From positions 110,920,001 through 110,984,000 of the forward strand of contig CM059432.1 in the NCBI GenBank assembly GCA_030390025.1: 64,000 nucleotides of DNA, read 5' to 3'. This DNA is from Squalus acanthias. Its lineage: Eukaryota. Under the pieces are notes generated by a model. The model saw only the letters and a list, made by a program, of their open reading frames with translations. It did no database searches and was not told the origin of the DNA. The translations under genes were made by a program, and so were the position numbers. Positions 37,262-50,260 of this stretch are shown here, piece by piece; the stretch's first letter is position 1; every line of letters starts with the position of its first letter.

Positions 37262-40200
37262 GTCAGCTGTGGCTCAGTGGGTAGCACACTCTCCTCTGAG
37301 TTAGAAGGTTGTGGATTCGAGTCCCACTCCAGAGAATTGAGCACATAAAGCTAGGCTGACACACCAGTGCAGTGCTGAGGAAGTCCTGCACTGTCCAAGA
37401 TACCGTCTTTCTGATGAGACGTTAAACCGAGGCCCCATCTACTCTCTCAGGTGGACGTAAAAGATCCATGGCACTATTTCGAAGAAGAGCAGGGGAGTTA
37501 TCCCTGGTGTCCTGGCCAATATTTATCCCTCAATCAACATAACAAAAACAGATTATCTGGTCATTATCACTTTGCTGTTTGTGGGAGCTTGCTGTGTACA
37601 AATTGGTTGCTGCGTTTCCTACATTACAACAGTGACTACACTCCAAAAAGTGCCAATAACGGAAACGTGGCTTAAAAACGGTGAGGACTGGGCACTTAAT
37701 ATTCAAGGGTACAAGGTGTTCAGAAAAGATAGGGAAGGAAAAAAGGAAGGTGGGGTGGCAGTGCTGATTAAGGAAGACATTGTAGTGTTGGAAAGGGAGG
37801 ATGTTCTTGAGGGGACAAGGACAGAATCCATTTGGTTAGAGTTGAGGAGCAAAAAGGGAATGATCACGCTATTGGGGGTATTCTATAGGCCTCCAAGTAG
37901 TCAGAGGGAGGTAGAGGAACAAATCTGCAGGGAAATCGCAGAGATGTGCAAGAGCTATAGGGTAGTGATATTGGGGGACTTTAATTACCCAAATATCGAT
38001 TGGGATAATGCTAGGGTAAAGGGAAAGGAGGGTGAAGAATTTCTGAAATGTGTTCAGGAGAATTTCCTTGACCAGTATGTTCTTGGCCCAACTAGGAAGG
38101 AGGCATTGCTGGATTTGGTGCTGGGGAATGAGGTGGGCCAGGTCGACCAAGTGTCTGTGGGAGAACACTTCGGTACGAGTGGTCATCGTATCATAAGATT
38201 TAGATCAGCAATGGAGAGGAGCAAGGAACAATCTAGAGTGGAACTTCTAAACTGGAATAGGGCTAACTTCAATGGGATGCGAAAGGATCTAGCCAGGGTA
38301 AAATGGAACCAAAGACTGACAGGAAAAACTGTAATGGAACAATGGGTGATCTTTAAGGAGGAGATGTTCCAAGTACAGGCTAGGTACATTCCAACAAGAG
38401 GGAAGGGTAAGGGAACCAAAGCAAGGGCTCCTTGGATGACGAGGGAGATAGAGAAGACGATGAAACAAAAAAAGAGGGTGTATGATGAATGTCAGGTGAA
38501 TTCTTCATGTGAGAACCAGACCAAATACAATAAGTTCAGAGGGGAAGTGAAGATGAAAATAAGATTGGCAAAGAGAGAATATGAGGGTAGAATGGCGGTT
38601 AACATAAAAGGGAATCCAAAAATCTTCTGCCAGCACATAAACAGTAAGCGGGTAGTAAGAGGCGGGGTGGGGCCTATTCGGGACGGAGAAGGTGTTATAT
38701 GCTTAGAGGCGCAGGGCAAACTAGAATACTCAATGAGTACTTTGTATCGGTGTTTACTAAGGAGGTGGATGCTGACAAAATATCAGTAGAAGTGGAAAAG
38801 GTAGAAGCAATGGAAGGGGTGAAAATTGATGGACAGGATGTACTAGAAAGGCTGGGTATGCTTAGAGTGGATAAGTCGCCTGGTCCAGATGGCTTGCATC
38901 CCAGGTTGCTAAGGGAATTGGGGGAGGTGATAGCAGAAGGGCTTGCCATAATTTTCCAATCTTCCCTAGATGCAGGGGAGGTGCCTGAGGATTGGAAAGT
39001 GGCAAATGTGACACCATTGTTCAAGAAAGGTGTAAGGACAATCCTAGTAACTACAGGCTGGTCAGTTTAACATCAGTGGTGGGTAAAGTTTTAGAAACAA
39101 TACTCAAGGAAAAAATTAACGGGCACCTGGAGAGGGTTAAGCTAATTAAAGAGAGCCAACACGGATTTGTAAAAGGCAGATCGTGTTTGACTAATCTAAT
39201 TGAATTTTTTGATGAAATAACAGGGAGGATTGATGAAAGGAATGCAATGGATGTTGTCTACATGGATTTTCGGAAGGCGTTTGGCAAAGCACCACATAGA
39301 AGGCTGGTTAACAAAATTGAGGCTCATGGAATAGATGGGTCAGTGGCAGCTTGGATAAGGAATTGGCTTCAGGACAGAAAACAGTGTGTTGTGGTAAATG
39401 GCTGTTTTTCAGACTGGAGGATGGTAGACAGTAGTGTTCCCCTAAGGGTCAGTGCTGGGGCCACTGTTTTTTTTGATTTATATAAAAATGATCTGGATAT
39501 TGGAACACAGTAGAATTTCTAAATTTGCCGATGACACCAAACTTGGGGGTGTGGCAAACAGTGAGGATGATACCAATCAACTGCAACAGGACATAGAAAG
39601 GCTAGCAGAATGGGCAGACAAGTGGCAGATGGAATTTAATACAGAGAAGTGTGAAGTGATGCATTTTGGCAGAAGCAACAGGGAGAGGCAATATACACTG
39701 AATGGCACAGTTTTAAAGAGTGTGCAGGGACAGAGGGACCTGGGAGTTAATGTGCATAGGTCCCTGAAGGTGGCAGGACATATTAAGAGAGTGGTTAGCA
39801 AAGCATATGGGATCTAGGGCTTCATAAATAGAGGTTTTGAAAACAAAAGTAGAGAAGTTATGCTGAACCTTTATAAAGCGCTGGTTGGGCCACAACTGGA
39901 GTATTGTGTCCAGTTCTGGTCACCACACTTTAGGAAGGATGTGAAGGCCCTTGAGAGGGTGCAGAGGAGATTCACCAGAATGGTTCCAGGGATGGAAGAT
40001 CTTAGCTATAAGGACAGGCTGGAGAAGCTGGATTTGTTTTCATTAGAGCAAAGGAGGTTGAGGGGTGATTTGATAGAGGTGTACAAGATTATGACGGGTT
40101 TGGATAGGCTAGACGGGGAAAGGCTGTTCCCACTAGTTGATGGTACAAGGACTAGGGGACACAGATTTAAGGTTTTGGGCAAGAGATACAGGGGGGATGT

Positions 40201-40525
40201 GAAGAAAAACTTTTTTACGCAGCGAGTGGTGAGGACCTGGAACTCATTGCCGACGGAAGTGGTGGAAACGGAGACACTCAATGTTTTCAAGGGGAGACTG
40301 GATAGGCACTTGAGGGAAATAAACTTGCAGGGCTACGGGGATAGAGCGGGGGAATGGAACTGACTGGATTGCTCTGCAGAGAGCCGGCACGGACTCGATG
40401 GGCCGAATGGCCTCCTTCTGTGCTGTTATGACTCTATCACTCTATGGCTTAATTGGCTGTAAAGCGCTTTGAGACATCAGGTGGTTGTGAAAGGCGCTAT
40501 AGAAATGCAAGTCTTTCTTTTCTTT
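37262..40525 (+). mobile_element. SacSINE1-like DeuSINE (37262-37651 plus 40446-40525) split by a CR1 insertion
   Basis: tRNA head (tggctcagtgg, gattcgagtccc). Deu-domain gatgagacgttaaaccgaggcccc...ggtgtcctggccaat. L2-type tail gtaaagcgctttg...aggcgctatagaaatgcaag. Confidence 0.8.
37652..40445 (+). mobile_element. CR1 LINE, nearly full ORF2 with several frameshifts and stops
   Basis: ITETWL, YRPP, GDFN, KSPGPDG, FADDTKL, 3' tail. Confidence 0.95.
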
Positions 40526-40599
40526 TACCCACGATGAAACACCCAGGGACAGAGATACTGTAAGTTTCTAAAGATCAGACATGTACACACCGTCAGACC

Positions 40600-41450
40600 A
40601 ATCAAAACTCACCTGCAAGGCATCAAACATCAACATATTTCCTTCATGTACCTTTAATGGTGTAAAATATCCACTGCACTTTCCAAATGCATTACAAGCA
40701 TTGACACTTCTGAGAAGACACGCAAGAAATTCTCATCTCTGAGATCAATGATGCTGCACAAAATTTTCTTCAACTGAGAAAGGTTCCATTTTATGACAGC
40801 CAAACTTACAAAATAACACAAAAGCAAAATACTGCGGATGCTGGAAATCTGAAATAAAAACAGAAAATGCTGGAAATACTCAGCAGGCCAGGCAGCATCT
40901 GTGGAGAGAGAAACAGAGTTAACGTTTCAGGTCGATGACCCTTCGTCAAGGTCATCGACCTGAAACGTAAACTCTGTTTCTCTCTCCACAGATGCTGCCT
41001 GACCTGCTGAGTATTTCCAGCATTTTCTGTTTTTATTACAGAATAACTCTGCTGCTTAACCAGTACTCCGATATCATGAGCAACCATTACATGTACACTT
41101 TTCCCATTTACTGTTGCTTGCAGTTCTGGACAGTGAACACCCTGAAAAGGTGCAGTGATTCTTTCTGTTCTGATGCAAGCTGTTTGTATGCAGAAGAGAC
41201 TTGGATCCAAGGTCAATACCAACAGCATACAAACTCTGTTGTTTTCCCTGCGGTTTCTCTTCGCAGCCACTCTGCTGCACACCATTTCTCTGCACAGCTT
41301 TGACGTTCCTCTCCAGATTGTCTTTGCTGCTGTTTTCCTTTACCTTCATTCTGTTTGACCTCAGATCTATTCTTTTGGTTTTCCTTCACATTCCCTTCTC
41401 TTCATTCAGAAGCCCTTGATGTATCAGCAGTATCAAGCCTTTGTAGTATA
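40600..41450 (-). pseudogene. Probable Gypsy LTR retrotransposon gag-protease relic, interrupted by a Penelope hairpin
   Basis: Decayed knuckle-like LYAVGIDLGSKS..AYKQ..RKNH, then ATVNGKSVHVMVAHDIG resembling the VNG..V..DTG protease motif. The frame continues across the insertion. Confidence 0.35.
40818..41035. mobile_element. Minimal Penelope insertion made of two inverted pLTR fragments (hairpin)
   Basis: About 90-bp inverted arms; 12-bp TSD ttaca(a/g)aataac at 40806-40817 and 41036-41047. Confidence 0.88.
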
Positions 41451-41769
41451 TTACAGCAAAATGGCTACCTTGGTCTCTCACGTTCTCAGACAAACCAAAC
41501 GCCTCAGGTGCATTTTAGAAGTTTGGCAGCAATTAAAAAAAAACGTCAAAGTACAATGACAAGGCTCCACCCCTGATGCTTTGAAAGAAAATAAAACTGT
41601 ATGAAATTAATGGCAAATTAGCTATAGTCAGTCTGAAAATTGATTGCAATACAATGTAAATGTCATAAATGAATAAGAATTGGTCTGGGGGATGTCTGGT
41701 GCAGATCCACAGGGATCGGCTGTGGGGTTTCTGATATTTACATTGCTCATTATAGAGCAAAAAACTTCA

Positions 41770-43372
41770 AGTTGGATCCAAAATTGACTCAGTGGCAGGA
41801 AGCAGAGGGCAAAGGTCGAAGGGCGATGGGCGATTTTTGTGACTGGAAAACTGTTTCCAGTGGGGTTCCGCAGGGCTCAGTACTAGGTCCCTCGCTTTTT
41901 GTAGTATACATCAATGATTTAGACTTCAATGTAGGGGGCATGATTAATGGCCCTGAAATTCCGTTCCCTACGGGTGAGTACGCGCTGTGTACTCACCCGT
42001 AGGGCCACCAGAAGTGCCGGTTGAAGGAAGGGGTTCGCGGGTCAACCGCGTGCGCGGGAGAGGCAGCGCGTAGACCTGGAACTTCCGCTTTTTTTTTTTT
42101 TTTACAGGTTTCTCCGTGAGGGTAAGTCCCTAGCAGCTGCGTGTGGAAAAAGCAGGCGCAAGGCCTGCTTTTAACAAGGTAAGAGGTGAATTAAGTAAAA
42201 TGGAAACATTTTTTCCACAGGTTTATCATTTTTAAATACTTTAAAGAAGGTAAGTTTATTTTTAGCCCCGTTAAAAACTTTAATTAATTTTTTCAAAAAT
42301 TTAAATTTTTGTTTAAAGTAGTTAATTTATGTAATTTATAGTTATTTTAAAAATGTGATGTTTTTTAAAAATGTATTTGAAGTTTTACTTAGGTTTTGGG
42401 GCCGATCTCTATTCATAGATTTGACAGGTCTTCCTGTCAAATTTATGAATGGAGATTCCCTGCTCTGATTGGCTCCCCATGGCCCACGTGATCCCAGGGG
42501 ACGCTGCGAACTAGTTGCGCTGCTGGGATACGCGAGCACTGCACACCGGCAGCTGGAGGAGGCCCAGGATCGGAATCCCACGCGGGCCCACAGCACAACG
42601 GCAGGCACGCTATGTAAGTGCAGGTTGGGGGCTTGTGCCCGTGGGAAGCCTCCGACCCGAATTTCTGGGCCTAAAAGTTTGCAGATGATATGAAAATTGG
42701 CGGTGTGGTTGCTAGTGAGGAAGAAAGATAAGGTGGTTAAGAAGGCATACAGGATACTTTTCTTTATTGCTGAGGCATAAAATATAAGAGCATGGAGGTT
42801 ATGCTTGAATTGTATAAAACACTAGTTAGGCCGCAGCTAGAGTACTGCGTGCAGTTCTGGTCACCACATTACAGGAAAGATGTGATTGCACTAGAGAGGG
42901 AATGTTGCCTGGGATGGGGAATTTTAGCTATGAGCAAAGATTGAATAGGCTGGGGTTGTTTTCTTTGGAACAGAGGAGGCTGAGGGGAGTTCGAATTGAG
43001 GTGTATAAAATTATGAGGGGTCTAGATAGAGTGGATAGGAAGGACCTATTTCCCTTAGCAGAGGGGTCAATAACCAGGGGACATAGATTTAAAGTAATTG
43101 GTAGAAGGATTAGAGGGGAGTTGATCAGAAATATTTTCACCCAGAGGGTGGTGGGGGTCTGGAACTCACTGCCTGAAAGGGTGGTAGAGGCAGAGACCCT
43201 CATCACATTTAAAAAGTACTTGGGTATGCACTTGAAGTGCCGTAACCTACAGGGCTGCAGAGCAAGAGCTGGAAAGTGGTATTAGGCTGGATAGCTCTTT
43301 TTCGGCCGACACAGACACGATGGGCCGAATGGCCACCTTCTGTGCCATAAAGTTCTATGATTTTATGATTTT
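41770..43372 (+). mobile_element. Internally deleted CR1 fragment carrying MITE copy C
   Basis: VPQGSVLGP...VGGMI [MITE] KFADD; LEQRRLRG; tail. Confidence 0.88.
41949..42671 (-). mobile_element. Harbinger-type MITE, hairpin family, copy C (inverted)
   Basis: TIR ggccctgaaattc / gaatttctgggcc; interrupts the CR1 RT; colinear with copies A and B. Confidence 0.85.
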
Positions 43373-44002
43373 TATAACATGATTGAAGCGCTGAGCCCTG
43401 CGCTGAATGCATTGCTGGGTGGTTCAGTGGTCAGCAGGGGGAAGTGATCTCTATTTAAAGCTAGCCTGCAGTGTGAAACACTGTCTGCACTTCTTAAAGG
43501 GGAGGCGCTCTCTGAAATAAACAGCTCATTGTTAGTGTAGCTAAGGAAAGGGGTACCTCGGTTCTCGGAAGCAGCACTGGTGTCCTTAGTGCAGGGGTTC
43601 TACAGAAGAAGACAGGTCCTCTACCTGCAGCGGGGGCAGGAGGCACTCCAGACACAGTGTAAGAAGGTTGTGGGAACAGGTTGCTGAAACGGTCAGTGCC
43701 ACCAGTCTTTCCCCCAGGACCTGGATCCAGTGCCGAAAGAAGTTTAATGACCTCACACGAGTGGTCAAGGTCAGTGAATGCATCTTCAAATGTCGTCTCC
43801 CACCAACTGCACCACTAGCCTCACACACTGCTCAATGCACCACACCCCCAGCACTCACCTACCAACAATCTCTAGCAATCAGGACTCATACCTCACATTC
43901 ATAGCTTCACCTCACCCTCACACACTTAGCACTGTTGCAAGCCTCACATCCACATCTCACACCTTGCACACAATACCAGCTATTCAATCATGACAGGCAC
44001 AT

Positions 44003-44223
44003 CACCCAACACATTGCAGCACACTCACTGACACACTTCACCCAAACACATTGCACCACACTCACTGACACACTTCACCCAAACACATTGCACCACACTC
44101 ACTGACACACTTCACCCAAACACATTGCAGCACACTCACTGACACACTTCACCCAAACACATTGCACCACACTCACTGACACACTTCACCCAAACACATT
44201 GCAGCACACTCACTGACACACTT
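44003..44223 (+). repeat. 37-bp minisatellite, 6 units, at the 3' end of Myb intron 1
   Basis: cacccaaacacattgca(c/g)cacactcactgacacactt, head to tail, with no spacers. Confidence 0.95.
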
Positions 44224-46298
44224 CCCTTTCTCTTGCAGGCCAAGGTGGCGCATATCCGACGCCAGCAGCAGCTAACTGGTGGAGGACAGGCATGGCTGGA
44301 GAACCTGATTCAGCCAGAGGAGACAATGCTGGATATCATTGGAGGGGCTGAAAGCATTGATGATGTTGGTATGCTCATACCTAAACCTCCTTCTCACATC
44401 CCACTTCCCCCTCATCCCACAATCTCTTCTTACTTACAAAGTGCTGATGGTGTAAGCATGGATATCTTGCTTTCTTCCCCCCTCCCCTCACCACAACCCG
44501 ACCCTTGTGCCTTTCTCTATCAGATACGCAAGAAATCCAACCAGCCCAGCTTGTGCAGGAAGAACAAGAGGAGTGATGGAGAAGAAAAGACAACGTCACT
44601 CGATCTGACGCTCACAGGCACCAGCTCAGATACTGGCACTACGTGAACTTTAGAGGATAGCATAGAGGCGGGATCTGCACGTGGTGTCACCGGGCACGAG
44701 TGGCCTGCAGCCAGGCCGGGGGATAGCGTAGCGCAGGTGCCAGCTTCCCGGAGGGTGAGTTCGCGCATGGGTTCTGCTGCACAGGACTCGGATGAGGACG
44801 TCGATGGGGCGGCCTTCAGAAGAAAGATAATGGGCATGTACACAGAAATACTTGGAGCATTGGCAGGCCTGCCAGAGAGCCTGTTGTTACTGTCAAGGAG
44901 CATGGAGGAGTCCGGTTCCTACCTTTCACAGGCTCCAACCTTTGCAGAGAGATTGGAGCCCATGATTTCCAGGATGGAAGTGATGGGCAACTCCATTAGC
45001 CCATTTGCGGACCCACCCATGATGCAGGGTCTGATGGCCGATGTCTCTGCTGCCACTGCAGCACAAGCAGAAACGACCCAACGTCTGAGGGCTGCAGTGG
45101 AAGCTCAGACTGCTGCCATCATTGCTGCGGTTACCAGTGTTGAAAGGGGCTTGCAGGGTGTCACAGCAGTCCAGCATTCTGTCCTCCAACAGATGCCTAG
45201 GATTGCTGAGGCACCGCCCCGGGGAGTGGCAGTGGCTCCGTGGAGCATGAACCTGCTGTCCTCTCTCAGGATGACAGCATTCGTCCTCCCACCACTGCCA
45301 CTCCGCCAGTGCCTTTGCTGTTGCCCGTCAGCCAGCCAGTCCAGACCGCTGCCGCCCATGCCGAGTTGGTGCAGTCTACAGCCGGGCCTTCTAGGCCCAG
45401 AGTTTCTCGAGGTCGTCCTGCAAGGCCATGCAGTCTCCTCCACTGAATGTCAGCAGCCTTCCACCAGCCATGCTGCAGCCACTGGGATAGCATTTTGTAG
45501 GAGCACTAGAATAGGCCAAGGCACACAACAGACAGCCATTAAGGGAATGCACAGGGGTGATTAGTTGACATTGTAATGTAATATTGGATTGATTGATATA
45601 AAAATTTGGTTTGGAATGTTTGTTTTGTGGTGGCTTCCATTTCAGCATTGTGGCCAAGAGGACGCAGTAATGTTCCATGACAGAGGGATGGTAAGGTGGG
45701 GAAGCGTTGAGCAACAAGGATCTGGGGTTTCATTCAGGGGAATTAAAGTCTGATGATGCGCTCACAGTCAGCCCATCCGGAATGTGAATTTGCAGGCTGC
45801 CTCCTCCCTACCTCCTCCTCCTCCTGAGGTGATCGCGGAACCCGTGGTGGCAAGGGCTGCACCCTCATGGTGCCCAAGTTGTGGAGGATGCAGCAGATCA
45901 CCACGAATTGGGACACCCGCTCCAGTGAGTACTGGAGGGCTCCTACTGAGTGGTCAAGGCAGCGGAACCATTGCTTCAGCACCCCGATGGTCTGCTCGAT
46001 GGCGTTCCTCATGGCAGCATGGCTCTCATTATGAGTGCTGGCCACGAGTGGTGGGGTTGTGGAGGAGAGTCATCAGCCAGGTGTAGAGCAGATAGCTTTC
46101 GTCTCCGAGCAGCCACTCTTGGGTTTGACGTGATGGCTGGAAGATTGCTGGCACAGCGGACTGGCGCAGGATGAAGGCATCATGATTGCTGCCAGGATAC
46201 AGGGCATTCACCATCATGATTGCTGGGTATGGTCATACACCAACTGTACATTAAGTGAGCAGTACCCTTTGCGATTACAGAACATCTCACCATTGATA

Positions 46299-47358
46299 CA
46301 ATAGCAAAATACTGCGGATGCTGGAAATCTGAAATAACAACAGAAAATGTTAGAAACACTCAGCAGGCCAGGCAGCATCCGTGGAGAGAGAAACAGAGTT
46401 AACGTTTCAGGTCTGGGACCCTTCGTCAGAACTGGAAAAAGTTAGAGATGTAACAGATGTTAAGCAGGTGCAGAGGCAGGGAAAGGGGGGGGGGGGGAGG
46501 GGAAGAAAGAACAAAAGGGACGGTCTGTGATAGGGTGGAAGGCAGGAGTGGTTAAATGTTGCAAATGGGGATGGCAGAATTATCAACAGCTGCCATGTGA
46601 ATAAATAGGGGCAGGGGTTATAGTCTGAAATTGTTGAACTCGATGTTGAGTCCAGAAGGTTGTAAAGTGCCTAATCGAAAGATGAGGTGCTGTTCCTCGA
46701 GCTTACGTTGAGCTTCGTTGGAACAGTGTAAGAGGCCAAGGACAGAGAGGTCAGAGTGGGAGTGGAGCGGAGAATTAAAGTGACAAGCGACCGGAAGCTT
46801 GGGGTCACGCTTATGGACTGAACGGAGGTGTTCCGCAAAGCGGCCACCCAATCTGCGTTTGGTCTCCCCAATGTAGAGGAGACCGCATCGTGAGCAGCGA
46901 ATACAGTATACTAAATTGAAAGAAGTACAAGTAAATCACTGTTTCACCTGGATGGGGTATTTGGGGCCCTGGACCTGGAAGGAAGGAGGTAAAAGGGCAG
47001 GTGTTGCATCTCCTACGCTTGCACGGGAAGGTACTGTGGGGAGGGGAAGGGCTGTTGGGGGTGATTGAGGAGTGGACCAGGGTGTTGTGGAAGGAGCGGT
47101 CCCTTCGGAATGCTGAAAGGGGAGGGGAGGGGAAGATGTGTTTGGTGGTGGGATCACGCTGGAGGTGGCGGAAATGGTGGAGGATGATCCATTGAATGCG
47201 AAGGCTGGTGGGGTGAAAGGTGAGGACAAGGGGAACCCTATCGTGCTTAAAACCTGTTACATCTCCAACTTTTTCCAGTTCTGACGAAACGTTAACTCTG
47301 TTTCTCTCTCCACGGATGCTGCCTGACCTGCTGAGTATTTCCAGCATTTTCTGTTGTT
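46299..47358 (-). mobile_element. Penelope-like element fragment (GIY-YIG end) with inverted pLTR
   Basis: RFAEHLRSV...VACHFN...RKLEEQHLIFRLGTLQPSGLN. 15-bp TSD atctcaccattgata at 46284-46298 and 47359-47373. Confidence 0.93.
46394..46435 (-). ncRNA. Minimal type I hammerhead ribozyme motif in a Penelope pLTR
   Basis: Minus strand reads ccagtt CTGACGA agggtcccagacct GAAA cgtt aactctg: core boxes, stem II, palindromic minimal stem III and an agtt/aact stem I. Confidence 0.7.
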
Positions 47359-49054
47359 ATCTCACCATTGATATTTGGCTCCCGCAAAGCCACGTGTGTG
47401 CAGTCAATGGTGCCCTGCACCATGGGGAAGCCTGATATCCTGGCAATGCCACATGTGCACTCCTCCTGATTCTCTTTGTTCAGAGAGAAGACAATGAAGT
47501 CCCTTCTCCTGGATAGAGAGCCTCTGTGGCCTCCCGGATGCAGCGATGCACAGCGAACTGTGAGATGTTAGCTATGTCACCTGTTCCAGCATGGAAGGAT
47601 CTGCTGGCGAAAAAATTCAGGGCCACAGTGACCTCGAGGTCCACTGGCAGCACTGTCATCGCCCTGCAGGTCTGGTTCCAGGAGGTGGCAGAGTTCTGTG
47701 ACCATCTCCTTGGTGAAGCAGAGCCTCTGAACTCACTGCTCCTGGCTTAGGTGCAGGTAGGAGAAGAGCTCCCTGAATACCCTAGGTAGGTAAGGCCTCC
47801 TGCTGCGAGCCCTCCTGCTCCTCCTCCCTCTGTGAGCAGCTTGTCTTTGCTGCCTCTGCTCCATCTCCCTGTCAAGCTGCTGCGTGAGGAGGACTGCAAC
47901 TGAGCCCCCATGACTGGGAGCAAGTGATGTAGTCAGAGGCCTTCCAGTAGCAGCCAACACCTTTCCAACATCCAGCAGCAGCACTCCCTGCACACTTTAA
48001 CATCGTTATAAATCTCTTCCAGCAACTCAGTACTCCTACAAACTCTTCAAGAACCAGTAAAAGAGCAATAATCAACTAACCTGCAAGTTGGATGTATCCC
48101 TTTAAGCAGCACTGGTGGGGGGTCCCTCATGCAGCTGAACGCACGTTAGGTTGTGCGTGTTTAGGAGAGGGCATTGAATGGAGCGGCGAGGTTGAAAATG
48201 GCAGGTCGTGTATCAAATCAGCATTACATGCTGACTGACATCCCAATCTGCCTACTCGGCACACTGCCGATGCACGCATGTAACGCCCGCTCGATCGCCC
48301 TCACCAAGAAGGCGAACAGTGCGGGCCGTGCTGGAAGTGGGTGGAAGCGAGGCGGACGCCATTTGGTTTCCAAACTGGCCTTAACTACGGGCGCTAAGGT
48401 GCCAAATTTCATGGCCTAAGGCTTTAAAGCTGTTGAAATGACACTGGAGCATAAAAATTGAAAGCTTCAAGCTGGAGGCCAGTAACATTTATTTATATTG
48501 TAAACACAAACAGCACTTGAGGGATGCAGCAACTGAAGACTTGAACAAGTAAAACAATACACCAACTGGCAAAATGCTGCAATAATTTGCTGAGCCCTCA
48601 GGAAAAGTCAAATCCTTCTGGAAAGGTGATTTTCTACATTTGCAGTCAAGATGTTTCAAATGGTTTGCTGCATACCTCATCTGACAATATCCAAGTCCGG
48701 TTCCCAACCCTCCCGGAGTCTCCACAAATTGAAGATTAATCTCCTGCTGTGAGAACGTGAGATTTTCCGATGATCTGCCCACTGCGCTCCAAGAGGGGTC
48801 AGTTAATGAGTGTGCAGACTGGACTGAAGGGAAATCAGCCGTACTCTGTTACCACGGGGCTGAGGATGTTTTCATTTCTTTTCCTTCCTCTCCACACTGC
48901 AAATTAGTTGTAGTTCTTGGCCCAGCCAAGCCAAGGGTTTAATTAAAATGAAATTAAGCTCTCTTCTTGAAATTCCCACCGACCATCGATTTCCTCCGTG
49001 CCTGACAGGTCTTTCCGCACAAGCAGCGCCCACTAAAATTAACTAGAAAAATAA

Positions 49055-49680
49055 TCAAAAAGGCTAATCGAATGTTGGCCTGCAAAGTGATACATTTTGG
49101 TAGAAAGAATGAGGAGAGGAAATATAAACTAAAGGGTACAATTCTAAAGGGGGTGCATGAACAGAGAGACCTGGGGTATATGTGCACAAATCATTGAAGG
49201 TGGCAGGGCAGGTTGAGAAAACAGTTAAAAAAGCTTACGGGATCCTGGGCTTCATGAATCAAAGTATAGAGTACAAAAGCGTGGAAATTATGACGAACCT
49301 TTATAAAACAGTGGTTTGGCCTCAACTGGAGTATTGTGTCCAATTCTGGGCACCGCACTTTAGGAAGGATGTGAAGGCCTTGGAGAGGGTGCAGAAAAGA
49401 TTTACAAGAATGATTCCAGGGATGAGGGACTTCAGTTATGTGGATAGACTGGAGAAGCTGGGGTTGTTTTCCTTAGAGCAGAGAAGATTGAGAGGAGATT
49501 TGATAGAGGTGTTCAAAATCATGAGGGGTCTGGACAGAATAGATAGAGAAAAACTGTTCCCATTGGTGGAAGGGTCGAGAACCAGAGGACACAGATTCAA
49601 GGTGATTGGCAAAAGAACCAAAGGCGACATGAGGAAAAACTTTTTTATTCAGTGAGTGGTTAGGATCTGGAATGCACTTT
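49055..49680 (+). mobile_element. CR1 3' fragment
   Basis: ORF 49182-49655 carries RT C-terminal motifs. Confidence 0.9.
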
Positions 49681-49829
49681 AAGAAGGGGAGGAAGAAGCG
49701 CCCCACTTCCCTCTTGGGGCACTACTGATGAATTTCGGCTGCAGGGGTGCTAATTTTTTCGGGGCGCTAAAAGTAGCGTCCTGGCAAAGTTAGCGCCCCA
49801 AAGGGGGTGCGACTCAATTCTCCCCCCCG
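49681..49829. mobile_element. Terminal remnant of a Harbinger related to copies 1 and 2
   Basis: ggcgctaa/ttagcgcc motifs; end gcgactcaattctcccccc resembles gcgacctaatttctacccc. Confidence 0.6.
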
Positions 49830-49864
49830 ATCTCCACTTTGCAGCTGTGAGCTATCAGATCAGC

Positions 49865-50260
49865 ATGGGTGCCACTTATGTGATTTTATTTTGGACCTCA
49901 GATGAGGACCAAGATTAGCAGCAGCAGGTAGAGCACCACTACCAGTAGCAGGAGCAGCAGGAAGATCACCAGCAGCAGGAGCAGCACCTGCCTGCTCCTC
50001 ACAGACCTGCCGCTCCGCAGGAGGGGATGAGCAGAGAGGCCGTACCCCTAATCAATGTTCCCTTTAAGCTGAACGGTCATGGTGTGCTGCATTCTGCACA
50101 TCACGCAGCAGTGAGGTTTGGACCTTCAGGAGGAACAAGGCGCAGAGCACAGAGCCTCTTCAGACAATTCATCGGAGGAGGAAGAGAAGGAGGCAGAACA
50201 TGATGCGGCCAAGACACCAGATGCAGCGCACATTGCTGCCCGGGATACCCTCATTATTGC
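49865..50260 (+). pseudogene. Heavily deleted Harbinger transposase remnant
   Basis: VMVCCILH followed by an acidic tail, as in the other transposase C-termini. Confidence 0.5.

Larger units (their letters stand above)
43380..48416. mobile_element. Degenerate Harbinger copy 5 (Myb relic + about 43545-45564; transposase relic - about 45745-47911); left terminus not found
   Basis: RTWIQCRKKFNDLTRVVK; RNAIEQTIGVLKQWFRCL, PGSNHDAFILRQS; right TIR aaatttcatggcc followed by taa. Confidence 0.85.

Noticed and set aside
44003..44223. CRISPR-like array of 37-bp repeats
   Set aside because: Units are head to tail with no unique spacers, there are no cas genes, and the context is a eukaryotic intron.
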